Positions 1 to 9,257 of a stretch of DNA of 64,000 nucleotides are shown in pieces. Every line of letters begins with the position of its first letter. The stretch's first letter is position 1. Below the pieces are notes generated by a model, which saw only the letters and a program-made list of their open reading frames with translations, did not search any database and had not been told where the DNA came from. The stretch comes from a candidate division WOR-3 bacterium. GTDB taxonomy: Bacteria; Hydrothermota; 32-111. The position numbers and the translations under genes are program-made. The stretch lies in assembly GCA_039804105.1 (NCBI GenBank), contig JBDRZU010000001.1, positions 256,001 to 320,000 on the forward strand, written 5' to 3'.

Positions 1-1
1 T

Positions 2-544
2 CTCGTTTCTCATGTTTCAGTTTTTTCTATTGAAACATATCATAAGTTTTTGATAGTGACTGATGTTGCAATAAACATTGCTCCAACACTTGAAGAAAAG
101 GTTAAGATAATAAAAAATGCGATAGAACTTGCAAGAAATCTTGATATAAAACAACCAAAAGTTGCAATTCTTGCTGCTGCTGAAACTGTTAATTTAAAGA
201 TGCAATCATCTGTTGATGCAGCAATAATCTCCAAAATGGGAGATAGAGGTGATTTTGGGGATGCAATTGTTGAAGGCCCGATGGCACTCGATCTTGCGGT
301 CTCAAAAGAAGCATGTGAAGAAAAGAATTTCCACAGCCCTGTCGGTGCAGATGCTGATATAGTGGTTGCACCTGAAATCGATGCAGGAAATGTTCTGTAT
401 AAATCTTTAACAAAACTTGCAAAAGCTGATCTTGCAGCAATTTTGGTCGGAACTATGGCTCCTGTTGTTTTAACATCGAGGGGAGACACAGCTGAAATCA
501 AATACTGGTCTTTGGTGCTTGCGCTTATGATGCTTAAAAAATAG
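2..544 (+). CDS. ptb: Phosphate butyryl/acetyltransferase (PTA_PTB family), 5'-truncated by the window edge
   Basis: The frame is open from position 2. Motifs TDVAINIAP, VEGPMALDLA, AGNVLYK and PVVLTSRGD are present. Confidence 0.85.
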   Translation, partial: LVSHVSVFSIETYHKFLIVTDVAINIAPTLEEKVKIIKNAIELARNLDIKQPKVAILAAAETVNLKMQSSVDAAIISKMGDRGDFGDAIVEGPMALDLAVSKEACEEKNFHSPVGADADIVVAPEIDAGNVLYKSLTKLAKADLAAILVGTMAPVVLTSRGDTAEIKYWSLVLALMMLKK

Positions 545-552
545 GAGAGAAA

Positions 553-984
553 TTGAAAATCTCTATAGGAAGTGATCATAGAGGATTCAAAGTAAAAGAA
601 GAGATAAAAAAGTGCACTGAGTTTGAGTTTATTGATAGAGGGACATTTTCTGAAGAGAGTGTCGATTATCCTGACTATGTGAAAGCGGTTGCACAGGATG
701 TTCTTGAAAAGAGAGTTGATTTTGGAATTTTAATCTGTTATTCGGGAATCGGAATGTCAATTGCAGCAAACAAAATAAAGGGAATAAGGGCTGCCTATGT
801 TATAGATCAAGAATTTGCATCACTTGCAAGAAAACATAATGATGCAAACATACTTGTACTTGGTGCAAAGGTTATTGAAGGCAAAGATCTTTGTAAAATA
901 GTAAAAGTTTTTGCTGAAGAAAAGTTTGAAGGTGGAAGACACCAAAAAAGGTTGGATAAAATTTGCTCTTTTGAAAATAATTGA
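553..984 (+). CDS. rpiB: Ribose-5-phosphate isomerase B
   Basis: Motifs GSDHRG, SVDYPD, CYSGIGMSIAANK, ARKHNDAN and FEGGRHQKR; TTG start after AGGAG. Confidence 0.95.
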   Translation: MKISIGSDHRGFKVKEEIKKCTEFEFIDRGTFSEESVDYPDYVKAVAQDVLEKRVDFGILICYSGIGMSIAANKIKGIRAAYVIDQEFASLARKHNDANILVLGAKVIEGKDLCKIVKVFAEEKFEGGRHQKRLDKICSFENN

Positions 985-1008
985 CATTAAAAAAAAAAGA
1001 ATTAAAAT
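981..1008 (+). promoter_or_regulatory. Sigma70-type promoter for tRNA-Ala
   Basis: TTGACA-N16-TAAAAT ending 13 bp before the tRNA. Confidence 0.7.
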
Positions 1009-1021
1009 AAAAAATTAGTAT

Positions 1022-1094
1022 GGGGCTATAGCGCAGTTGGGAGCGCGTTTGACTGGCAGTCAAAAGGTCACGGGTTCGACTCCCGTTAGCTCCA
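1022..1094 (+). tRNA. tRNA-Ala(GGC), CCA not encoded
   Basis: Acceptor stem GGGGCTA/TAGCTCC, anticodon arm TTTGA-CTGGCAG-TCAAA, T-loop GGTTCGACTCC. Confidence 0.97.
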
Positions 1095-1118
1095 TTTTAA
1101 CATCAGGAGGTTAGTTAA

Positions 1119-1568
1119 ATGAAAAAGTTAGTTTTTCTAACATTGATTTTTTTGTTAACGATTATGGTTATAACTTCATGTTCAAAAACTAAGGGCTCAT
1201 TTATGGATTTTGCTGCGATCAAAGATGCACAGAGAACTATGACAAAATTGACAAACCTTATGGAACAATATTATGTTGAACATGAATCATATCCATCAAC
1301 ACAACAGGAGTTTGAAGAAAAACTGAGACCATATTTTATTGTTAAAAATGCAGAAGGACAGGATGTCGATAAATGGCCAGAGATGGTTGAACATGTTTTT
1401 GCTGATAAAACGATCTTCTATCAGACCACCGATCCAAAGAAAACATATTTTGCTTACGGTAGGGCAAAAGACTCAAACAAAACTGTCGTTTTCTGTAGAC
1501 CACCAATTCAACATATAGATACAACGAAAGTTGTTGATAAAACAAAAACAAAAACAAAAAACAAATGA
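1119..1568 (+). CDS. Putative lipoprotein with a pilin/pseudopilin (GspG-like) segment
   Basis: Signal peptide with lipobox ITSC; segment LTNLMEQYYVEHESYP resembles the GspG/pilin helix; AGGAGG RBS. Confidence 0.5.
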   Translation: MKKLVFLTLIFLLTIMVITSCSKTKGSFMDFAAIKDAQRTMTKLTNLMEQYYVEHESYPSTQQEFEEKLRPYFIVKNAEGQDVDKWPEMVEHVFADKTIFYQTTDPKKTYFAYGRAKDSNKTVVFCRPPIQHIDTTKVVDKTKTKTKNK

Positions 1569-1577
1569 GGTGCTCAA

Positions 1578-2738
1578 ATGAAAAAAGTTTTGTTCATATT
1601 TCTTGCAATTTTTATCCTGATATTTGGTTGTCAGGCAACAACACAGACATCTAATAAAACAACGCAACAAAATCAACAGGTTTCAAATGCGATAAAATAT
1701 TTTGATTTTGGAAAAGAATATTTAAAAAATAAGATATACGATTCAGCGATCAAAAATTTTCAAAAATCTATAGAAGAGAGTTTAGATTTTATAGAAGCAT
1801 ACAATGGACTTGGAAAAAGTTTTGAAGGAAAGATGGATTATACAAGAGCAGAATCGCTATACAATTTTATGATGACAAAATTCCCATCCAATCCTGAAGG
1901 TTTTGTAAATATGGGAAATCTGTATATAAAACTAAAAAAATATAACGATGCAGAAAAATTTTTCTTTGATGCTTTGAAAATCGATTCAACGAGTTCAAAG
2001 GCCTATTATGGACTTGCTCAACTTTATGAAAATATTTCTCCATCCAAAAAAGAGTTTAATAAACTCTCATGCTATGAAAAAGCGTGTAATTTCGATCCAG
2101 AAAATTTAGCAGCCGCTTATGCTTATGCAAAAGCTTTGATAAAAGTTGAGCAGTATCAAAAGGCAGTGGATCTTCTGAAAAAGATTTCTGATAACCATCC
2201 GACATTTGTAGAACCTCTTTCAAACCTTGCTGAAGCATATCTTGAGACAAAGCAGTATCAAAAGGCAATAGAAACATACAACAAAGTCAATCAACTCGAT
2301 TCAACTATAGTTAACACTTATCTTGGTCTTGCAAGAGCTTATCAGGGGCTTAAGGATTATTCATCAGCAGAGAAAAATTATAACAAGATGATAACCTTGA
2401 TGCCTTATTCAACAGTGCCATATCTTTATTTAGGTCAGATGTATATGGAGATAAAGGACTATGATAAAGCGATCAATTATCTTGATAAAGCACTTGCAAA
2501 AAGTCCAAATGATGCTAACGCGTTGTTATTGATAGCGCAGGCATACTTTTTGAAAGTTGATCCAGTAAAAGCAAAGAAGAGTGATGAAAATTATCAGGAA
2601 GCACTTAAAATACTTGAAAAGTCAGCATCATATTTCAACAAGATAATTGAGATGAAAGGTAAATATGTAAAAGAAGCACAAACAGGTCTTGAAAATATAG
2701 AAAAAAGGAAAAAGGAGATAGACCCAACAAGGTGGTAA
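1578..2738 (+). CDS. TPR-repeat lipoprotein
   Basis: Lipobox IFGC followed by multiple TPR motifs (AYNGLG, GFVNMG, AYYGLA, PYLYLG). Confidence 0.85.
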   Translation: MKKVLFIFLAIFILIFGCQATTQTSNKTTQQNQQVSNAIKYFDFGKEYLKNKIYDSAIKNFQKSIEESLDFIEAYNGLGKSFEGKMDYTRAESLYNFMMTKFPSNPEGFVNMGNLYIKLKKYNDAEKFFFDALKIDSTSSKAYYGLAQLYENISPSKKEFNKLSCYEKACNFDPENLAAAYAYAKALIKVEQYQKAVDLLKKISDNHPTFVEPLSNLAEAYLETKQYQKAIETYNKVNQLDSTIVNTYLGLARAYQGLKDYSSAEKNYNKMITLMPYSTVPYLYLGQMYMEIKDYDKAINYLDKALAKSPNDANALLLIAQAYFLKVDPVKAKKSDENYQEALKILEKSASYFNKIIEMKGKYVKEAQTGLENIEKRKKEIDPTRW

Positions 2739-2739
2739 A

Positions 2740-3099
2740 ATGGTTGATAAAATCATTGGGTTTATAAAACTTGGAATTTTTTTACTCATCCTTGTTCTTC
2801 TTGGTTATATGGGTTGGCAATACCTTTCGATGGAAATCAAAAATTACCAGTTGGTTGAACAGATAAACAAAATCTTGTATGGTGAAATCAGAAGTGATGA
2901 GTATATCGTAAAAGATAAGGTTATGGAAAAACTTTCAGAAAAAGGTATAAATCTTACCTATGATGATATAATTGTAACTAAACAAGGTAATGTATCATGC
3001 AATGTTCAATTCTCTTATGTTGATTCCATAACCATTCCAGTTATCAACAAATCTTTCTATTTTAATAAGGAGATAAATACAACTGTTACACCTCAATAA
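2740..3099 (+). CDS. Small single-TM hypothetical protein (DUF4845/pilin-like)
   Basis: N-terminal hydrophobic helix followed by a soluble domain; starts 1 bp after the TPR gene. Confidence 0.55.
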   Translation: MVDKIIGFIKLGIFLLILVLLGYMGWQYLSMEIKNYQLVEQINKILYGEIRSDEYIVKDKVMEKLSEKGINLTYDDIIVTKQGNVSCNVQFSYVDSITIPVINKSFYFNKEINTTVTPQ

Positions 3100-4447
3100 G
3101 AAAATTTTATTTTTCTTATTCTGTTTAAATTTTATAACCCTGCTTTATTCAAATGAAAGCAGGGTTTTTTTTAGTGGTAACAATTTTGTATCAAATGAAA
3201 TAATAGATTCGATTTTTAAAGATCAAGGCCTAAAACAGGGAATTGAAGAAATATTGAATCTCTATTTGAACAGTGGATATCCTTTCATAACAATAGAAAT
3301 AGATTCTGTTTTGAATTATGGTAATTTTGATATCTTTTATTTAACAATAAAGGAGAATGGGAAATTTTTTATTGAAAGAGTGGAAAATGTTTACAATGTA
3401 AAAAGTTCATATCTGAATGGAATTTTAAGACTGAAAAATAAAGTTTTCAAAGAGAGTTATATAGTTGAAAAATTAAAAAATCTTTCAAATAATCAAGATT
3501 TACTAATAGACACAACCTTTTATGTAGAAAAAATTACTGATAGTTCTGTAATTATCAAAACAAAAATAGAGCAGGGGAAACTATCTTCAATTTCAGGAAT
3601 TTTGACATCATCGATCGATTCATTCAACTTGAACGGATTTTTAAACATATTTTTAAAGAGTCCTTTTGGCTATTTTGATATTTACTCAATCGACTATCAA
3701 AGAATAAACAAAAATAACACTTATCTTTCTGCAAATTTTGAATTTCCTTATATTTTTTCAACTCCTTTGGGTTTTTTTGGTAATATTAATTTTGAATCAA
3801 TAGAAACCTTTTATACTAAACAAGAGTATAATGCTGGTATAAAAGTTTTTATTACAGAAAGGTTTTCTGCTTTAACAGGTTATGGAAAAAGGAGTATTAA
3901 TTATATTGCAACCGATTCTTTTGATATTGTTGAAAATTCTTTGATTGGAGGATTAGATTATTTTTCAAAGAACTTTTTCTTTTCGAATAAATCAACCATC
4001 AATTATACTGATTTGAAAAACAGTTGGGCTTATATGATTCCAAAAATTGGATATAAAAACAATATAAAAATTTTTGGATATTGGTTCTATTTTGATTCTT
4101 ATTTGAATTTTGCTTCAAATTTAAAAGATTACATGAAAGTCCAGATTGGTGGAAATAAAAATATAAAAGGTTATCCTGAGAATTTTTTAAAGGTATTTAA
4201 TTTCTTTTATCAGGAAGTAAAAATTGGGTATTCTGGAAAAAATTTTGAGACGGGGATATTTTTTGATAATATTTTTTACAACATTGAACAGTTAAAAAAT
4301 TATAGGTCCTTTAAAAATCTATTCTCTTATGGATTATTTTTGACTGCGAATATTTCAAATTACAAAACATCCCTCTATTATGCATTGAATAAGGATTTAA
4401 CACCATTGGAGGGGAGAGTGCATCTTTTGTTTTCTATCTATTTCTGA
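3083..4447 (+). CDS. Putative Omp85/BamA-TamA-like outer membrane protein; start uncertain (CTG 3083, ATA 3077 or TTG 3254)
   Basis: POTRA-like YLNSGYPF, degenerate IGGNKNIKGY loop motif and C-terminal Phe. The frame is open from 3077 and encodes a signal-peptide-like segment. Confidence 0.55.
   Translation: MLHLNKKILFFLFCLNFITLLYSNESRVFFSGNNFVSNEIIDSIFKDQGLKQGIEEILNLYLNSGYPFITIEIDSVLNYGNFDIFYLTIKENGKFFIERVENVYNVKSSYLNGILRLKNKVFKESYIVEKLKNLSNNQDLLIDTTFYVEKITDSSVIIKTKIEQGKLSSISGILTSSIDSFNLNGFLNIFLKSPFGYFDIYSIDYQRINKNNTYLSANFEFPYIFSTPLGFFGNINFESIETFYTKQEYNAGIKVFITERFSALTGYGKRSINYIATDSFDIVENSLIGGLDYFSKNFFFSNKSTINYTDLKNSWAYMIPKIGYKNNIKIFGYWFYFDSYLNFASNLKDYMKVQIGGNKNIKGYPENFLKVFNFFYQEVKIGYSGKNFETGIFFDNIFYNIEQLKNYRSFKNLFSYGLFLTANISNYKTSLYYALNKDLTPLEGRVHLLFSIYF
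3136..3172 (+). terminator. Intrinsic terminator-like hairpin
   Basis: AACCCTGCTTT-9nt-AAAGCAGGGTT followed by a T tract. Confidence 0.6.
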
Positions 4448-4952
4448 TGTATATATTTTTTATCTCTCCAACATACAATCTATGAAAATCTTTTTTTGGA
4501 TAGTTATCAAGGAGACTTTTATTTAAAAAGTTCTTTTCTTTAAGATCATTAAAATAAAGTTTTTCACAGACAATTCCTATTTTCATCTGCTCATAAAAAA
4601 TAATATTTTCTTTTAGAAAAATTGGTTTTAATCCTGTTTCTTTAATTTTGTCGTGTTCTCTTCCTGAATATTTCCCACAAAAACTCAATACTTTTTTATC
4701 TTTTTTGTAGAAAGAAGAAAGTGTAAAATAATTATTTTTTTCAACAAATTGATAGGTATACCGTGTTGGTCTGATAAAAATAAATGCTACTGGCTTATTC
4801 CATAATATTCCAAAACAACCCCATGATGCCGTCATACAGTTGAATTTTTCCTTGTTTCCAGCAGTGATTAAGACCCACTCATCATCCCAAAGTTTAAAAA
4901 TGTTGTTCTTAAACTCTTTTGGATCTATTTTTTTAAATTTTTCATTGAACAT
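4434..4952 (-). CDS. Flavin reductase-like protein (flavoredoxin family)
   Basis: Motifs LITAG, NCMTASWG, IRPTRYT, CGKYSGREHDK and HRLYVGEI. Confidence 0.85.
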   Translation of the reverse strand: MFNEKFKKIDPKEFKNNIFKLWDDEWVLITAGNKEKFNCMTASWGCFGILWNKPVAFIFIRPTRYTYQFVEKNNYFTLSSFYKKDKKVLSFCGKYSGREHDKIKETGLKPIFLKENIIFYEQMKIGIVCEKLYFNDLKEKNFLNKSLLDNYPKKDFHRLYVGEIKNIYIRNR

Positions 4953-4969
4953 GCAAACTCCTTTTTTTC

Positions 4970-4997
4970 ATTATATTCTCTAAATTTCAAAGGTCAA
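4970..4997 (-). promoter_or_regulatory. Promoter for the flavin reductase gene
   Basis: TTGACC-N16-TATAAT on the minus strand, upstream of an AGGAG RBS. Confidence 0.65.
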
Positions 4998-5147
4998 CAA
5001 GGAGATTTATTAGTTAAATATGAAATTTTAAAGTTTTTCAGAGTTTAAAGAAGCGGAGAAAGTGTAGTAAAAGGAATGCTAATTTTAATATGGTAAATTT
5101 TAAAAATAGTTTAAAAATTCACTAAAAGTAAAAAGTTTAATAAGCGT

Positions 5148-5208
5148 ATAAGTATTTTTGTTTAAACAATTTACAAAAAAATGTCAAAAAGTCAAGCACC
5201 GTCCCCAA
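5148..5208 (+). repeat. Dispersed repeat copy 1 (38-bp core 5171-5208 plus upstream dyad)
   Basis: Core TTACAAAAAAATGTCAAAAAGTCAAGCACCGTCCCCAA is identical to 7680-7717. Confidence 0.95.
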
Positions 5209-5220
5209 AAAAATTTCATA

Positions 5221-5248
5221 TTGAAAATTTTCATTGAAATTATAAAAT
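5221..5248 (+). promoter_or_regulatory. Promoter for the LVIVD gene
   Basis: TTGAAA-N16-TAAAAT before a GGAGG RBS. Confidence 0.55.
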
Positions 5249-5267
5249 AAAAAAAATGGGAGGTTAA

Positions 5268-7436
5268 ATGAAAATCAAACTTTTATTATCATTTTTTATT
5301 TTAATAATGCTTTCTATGTTTTTAAATGCAGACACACAAATATATGAAAATCAATTTATAAAAAAACAACAAGGAAAAGATATTTTTCCATATAAGTGGG
5401 CAACTGATAGTTTAAATGTTAATGGTATTGGATATTTACCTTCATTTCGTGAAACGAATAAGATAAAATTGATTGGTTCTCTTGCTTATGTTTGTTCTTA
5501 TACTCACTTAATAATTGTTGATGTATCTAATACTCATAAACCACAACTTTTAGGTTATTTTGAGTTTGACAATGTAGCAATAAGTTTAGATGTTTCTGGA
5601 GGATATGCATATATAGCAGATCTTATGGGTGGACTTAAAATTGTTGATGTAAGTACTCCTGAAAACCCAACTTTGGTTGCCACTTATGATTCTTTAAATC
5701 AGGTCAATAGTGTTTGTGTTGCTAATGATTATGCTTATGTCTTAGATTATTACAATGGACTTACAATTTTAACAGTTTCTGATCCTGCAATGCCGAAAAA
5801 AGTTGGAAGTTGTTCTTTAGTTAATAGTTGTTATGATATAACAGTAAATGATGGTATCGCATATATCGCAGCCGGTCAAAATGGATTAAGAGTAGTAGAT
5901 GTTTCTGATCCTTCAAAACCTGTTGAAATAGGTTTTTTGGATACACCAAATTATGCTTTCTCAGTAAAATACTATAACAAGAATGTTTACATAGCAGATG
6001 GTAATTCTGGTTTAAGAATAATTGATGTTTCAAATCCAAAAAATCCTTCAGAGATAGGATATTACGATACTTCAGATTACGCCAGAGATGTTTTCTTTTA
6101 TGATAATTTAGTTTTTATAGCAGACTACGCTGGACTTTCAATTATTGATGCAACAGATCCATCTTTTCCTATAGAAATGAGTTATCTACTTACTGATGGT
6201 TTTATGGTTGGGGTTTTTGTTCAAAACAATTATGCTTATGTATGTGATGGATTACTCGGTGTGAAATTTGTTAATGTTTCCGATCCCAAAAAACCTTTTG
6301 TGGAAGGGTATTTTGACACTCCGGATTACTCTTACATTATTTCTATAAATGGTAATTTTGCATTCACCAATGAATTTAATTTTTTGAAAGTTTTATCAAT
6401 ATCAAATCCCACCAACATAAGAGAAATAAATTATTTTGAAACTAATGATGAAATATATGGTATTTATGTTTCCAATGGATATGCTTTTTTAGCAAATTCA
6501 AGAGAAGGTTTACGAATTCTGGATATTTCAGATGTCACAAATATAACCGAAATTGGACACTATGATACTCCAGGATATGCTGGAGATGTTTTTGTTTCTG
6601 GAAATTACGCTTATGTTGCTGATGACACTTCGGGATTAAGGATAATCGATATAACAAGTTTAACAGACCCAATAGAGGTTGGGAGTTTTGATACTCCTGG
6701 CTATGCTTATAGAGTTTATGTTTCTGGTAACTATGCCTATGTTGCAGATATGACTCAGGGATTAAGAATTATTGATGTTTCAGATCCCAATTATCCAGTT
6801 GAAGTAGGATATTATAAACCTTCAGGTGATGTTCTTGGTGTATGGGTAAAAGATGACTATGCTTATGTTACTGCTTATGAATATGGTTTAAAAATAGTTG
6901 ATATAAGTGATCCTTCAAATCCTGTTGAAATTGGTTCTATTGACACACCGGGAGAAGCACAATATGTTAAAGTTTATGGAAACTTTGCTTTTGTTGCAGA
7001 TGGAGATTATGGATTGAGGGTGATTGATATATCAGATCCTACAAAACCTGTAGAAGTTGGTTATTATGTAACATCTGGACAAGTAATAAATTTTGATTTT
7101 TCAAATTATAATTTTTATCTTTTAGATTATTTTACAGGGATATACTCGGTCAATTTTATAAGTGCGGGGCTTGGTTTTGATAGAGACAAATCAAATAAAA
7201 ATATTGATGATACATCAAAATTAAAAGTAAATAAGAGTTTTATTTCATATATGTGTTCTACAGGTGAAAACAAATTTTCTGTTTATGATATAACAGGTAA
7301 ACTGATATACGATTCATCGAATCAGAGAATAGGGGAGCATATTTATTCAACAAAGGGTTTAAAATCAGGGGTATATTTTATAAAATTTAAAGATGGTCAT
7401 AGCGAGATAGATAGGAAGATGGTTGTTATCAGATGA
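5268..7436 (+). CDS. Secreted LVIVD-repeat beta-propeller protein with a T9SS/Por-type C-terminal domain
   Basis: Signal peptide; about 13 repeats of YAYVAD..GLRIIDVSDP..P.EVG..DTPG; tail VYDITGK...LKSGVYFIK...KMVVIR. Confidence 0.9.
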   Translation: MKIKLLLSFFILIMLSMFLNADTQIYENQFIKKQQGKDIFPYKWATDSLNVNGIGYLPSFRETNKIKLIGSLAYVCSYTHLIIVDVSNTHKPQLLGYFEFDNVAISLDVSGGYAYIADLMGGLKIVDVSTPENPTLVATYDSLNQVNSVCVANDYAYVLDYYNGLTILTVSDPAMPKKVGSCSLVNSCYDITVNDGIAYIAAGQNGLRVVDVSDPSKPVEIGFLDTPNYAFSVKYYNKNVYIADGNSGLRIIDVSNPKNPSEIGYYDTSDYARDVFFYDNLVFIADYAGLSIIDATDPSFPIEMSYLLTDGFMVGVFVQNNYAYVCDGLLGVKFVNVSDPKKPFVEGYFDTPDYSYIISINGNFAFTNEFNFLKVLSISNPTNIREINYFETNDEIYGIYVSNGYAFLANSREGLRILDISDVTNITEIGHYDTPGYAGDVFVSGNYAYVADDTSGLRIIDITSLTDPIEVGSFDTPGYAYRVYVSGNYAYVADMTQGLRIIDVSDPNYPVEVGYYKPSGDVLGVWVKDDYAYVTAYEYGLKIVDISDPSNPVEIGSIDTPGEAQYVKVYGNFAFVADGDYGLRVIDISDPTKPVEVGYYVTSGQVINFDFSNYNFYLLDYFTGIYSVNFISAGLGFDRDKSNKNIDDTSKLKVNKSFISYMCSTGENKFSVYDITGKLIYDSSNQRIGEHIYSTKGLKSGVYFIKFKDGHSEIDRKMVVIR

Positions 7437-7456
7437 TAAATGTACTTCAGGAATAG

Positions 7457-7494
7457 AAAACAAAAAGGGGTGTTTTTCACCCTTTTTTTGTTTT
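7457..7494 (+). terminator. Intrinsic terminator (probably bidirectional)
   Basis: AAAACAAAAAGGGGTG-TTTTT-CACCCTTTTTTTGTTTT. Confidence 0.8.
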
Positions 7495-7656
7495 ATAAAA
7501 AATATTGTTAAAAATAAAAGTTTTAGAAAATAAATGTTGGAGAATCAAATCAAAATATGACAATCAAAAATAAATGAAAAAAACATTATTTTTGAGTTAA
7601 ATTTTACCAAAAAATAAAAATAAAAAAATATAAAAATAGAAAGGACTAATATCTTA

Positions 7657-7717
7657 ATAACTATTATTTTTAAAATAACTTACAAAAAAATGTCAAAAAG
7701 TCAAGCACCGTCCCCAA
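7657..7717 (+). repeat. Dispersed repeat copy 2 (core 7680-7717)
   Basis: 38/38 identical to the copy 1 core. Confidence 0.95.
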
Positions 7718-7738
7718 TTTTGTTTTTTAATAAAAATC

Positions 7739-7766
7739 TTGAAAAGAAGGGATTTGTGGTTATAAT
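7739..7766 (+). promoter_or_regulatory. Promoter for the polysaccharide locus
   Basis: TTGAAA-N16-TATAAT. Confidence 0.6.
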
Positions 7767-7839
7767 AAATTTTTGAATGTTTTTTTATGATCTACATTAA
7801 ACATTGGAATGGTTTTAAATATAAATACAGGTTGAAGGA

Positions 7840-8433
7840 ATGGGGTATAGAAGTATAAAAAGGGGATTAGATATTTTCTTTTCAATAATACTTTTGATTG
7901 TTCTATTTCCTTTGTTCGTGATAATTTCTGTTTTGATATTGATAGATTCGAAAAAACCAATTTTTTTCTTACAAGATAGAATTGGGGAAAGTGGAAAAAT
8001 TTTTAAAATGATAAAATTTAGAACTATGATAGTTGGTGCAGAAAAGGGTGGAGTTTATGAGTTTAAAAATGATAACAGAATTACAAAGGTTGGAAAATTT
8101 TTAAGAAAAACATCACTTGATGAATTACCACAACTTGTAAATATTTTAAAAGGGGAAATGTCTTTTATTGGACCAAGACCTGTTTTGACATACCATCCTT
8201 TTAGGTACGAAGAGTATAATGAAATTCAAAAGAAAAGGTTTGAAGTAAAACCTGGAATAACAGGATTAGCTCAAATTAAAGGTAGAAAAGAAATCGGTTG
8301 GGACAAAAGGTTTAAATATGATATTTACTATGTTGAAAATCTTTCTTTTATTTTAGATTTTAAAATATTGATGCTAACTATTTTAAATGTTTTATTGATG
8401 AAAAATAATCTTAATGTAAACAAAACAGTATAA
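7840..8433 (+). CDS. Initiating sugar-phosphate transferase (Bac_transf family)
   Basis: Motifs KRGLDI, KFRTM, RITKVGKFLRKTSLDELPQ, GEMSFIGPRP and KPGITGLAQ. Confidence 0.93.
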   Translation: MGYRSIKRGLDIFFSIILLIVLFPLFVIISVLILIDSKKPIFFLQDRIGESGKIFKMIKFRTMIVGAEKGGVYEFKNDNRITKVGKFLRKTSLDELPQLVNILKGEMSFIGPRPVLTYHPFRYEEYNEIQKKRFEVKPGITGLAQIKGRKEIGWDKRFKYDIYYVENLSFILDFKILMLTILNVLLMKNNLNVNKTV

Positions 8434-8444
8434 AAAGGATTTTT

Positions 8445-9257
8445 ATGTTAAGATTTTTATATATCACAAATAACGAAGAAGTTGCAAAAATAGTAGAAAA
8501 AAATGGTGTTGAGTGGATATTTGTTGATCTTGAGATTTTAGGTAAGAAGGAGAGACAGAAAGGAAAAGATACAGTCATTTCCAACCATACTGTTGATGAT
8601 ATAAAAAAACTAAAAAATATTTTAACAAAGTCAAAAATTCTTGTCAGAACAAATCCTATAAATAGCAACAGTAAAGATGAAATTTACAGAATAATTGAAA
8701 ATGGAGCAGACATTATAATGCTTCCTTTTTTTAAGACAATAAAAGAGGTTGAAGAATTTTTAAAGATTGTTAATTCAAAAACTAAAACAATTTTGCTTTT
8801 GGAAACTCCAGAATCTGTTAAAATCCTTGAAGACCTTATCAAAATAAAAGAAATTAATTACTTTTATATAGGACTAAATGATCTATCACTTGGATATGGT
8901 TTTAAATTTATGTTTGAACCACTTGCTTATGGGATTGTTGATGAAATAGTTTTAAAAATAAAAAAAACACAAAAAGAATTTGGTTTTGGTGGTATAGCAT
9001 GTTTGGGAAAAGGAGTGTTACCTGCTGAATATGTTATTGCAGAACATTATCGATTGGGTTCAACGATGGTAATACTTTCAAGAAGTTTTTGTGATGTAAG
9101 TAAAATTAATGAAACAAAATTAATAGAAAAAATTTTTGAAGAAGAGATAAATAAAATTAGAGAATATGAGAAGTCATTAAGTGAAAAAAATAATGAATTT
9201 TTTTATGAAAATAAAAATAAAATAAAAAATATTATTATAGGAGGAAAAAATGAATGA
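8445..9257 (+). CDS. HpcH/HpaI aldolase / citrate lyase family protein
   Basis: Motifs IFVDLE, LVRTNP, IMLP, LLETP and YIGLNDLSL. Confidence 0.75.
   Translation: MLRFLYITNNEEVAKIVEKNGVEWIFVDLEILGKKERQKGKDTVISNHTVDDIKKLKNILTKSKILVRTNPINSNSKDEIYRIIENGADIIMLPFFKTIKEVEEFLKIVNSKTKTILLLETPESVKILEDLIKIKEINYFYIGLNDLSLGYGFKFMFEPLAYGIVDEIVLKIKKTQKEFGFGGIACLGKGVLPAEYVIAEHYRLGSTMVILSRSFCDVSKINETKLIEKIFEEEINKIREYEKSLSEKNNEFFYENKNKIKNIIIGGKNE

Noticed and set aside
1022..1120. tRNA-Ala or tRNA-Arg as prophage or island attachment sites
   Set aside because: I saw no duplicated tRNA 3' end and no integrase in the window.
1538..1565. Short (AAAAAC)n run as a phase-variation tract
   Set aside because: The unit is 6 bp, in frame, and lies at the extreme C-terminus (KTKTKTKNK), so slippage would not switch the gene.
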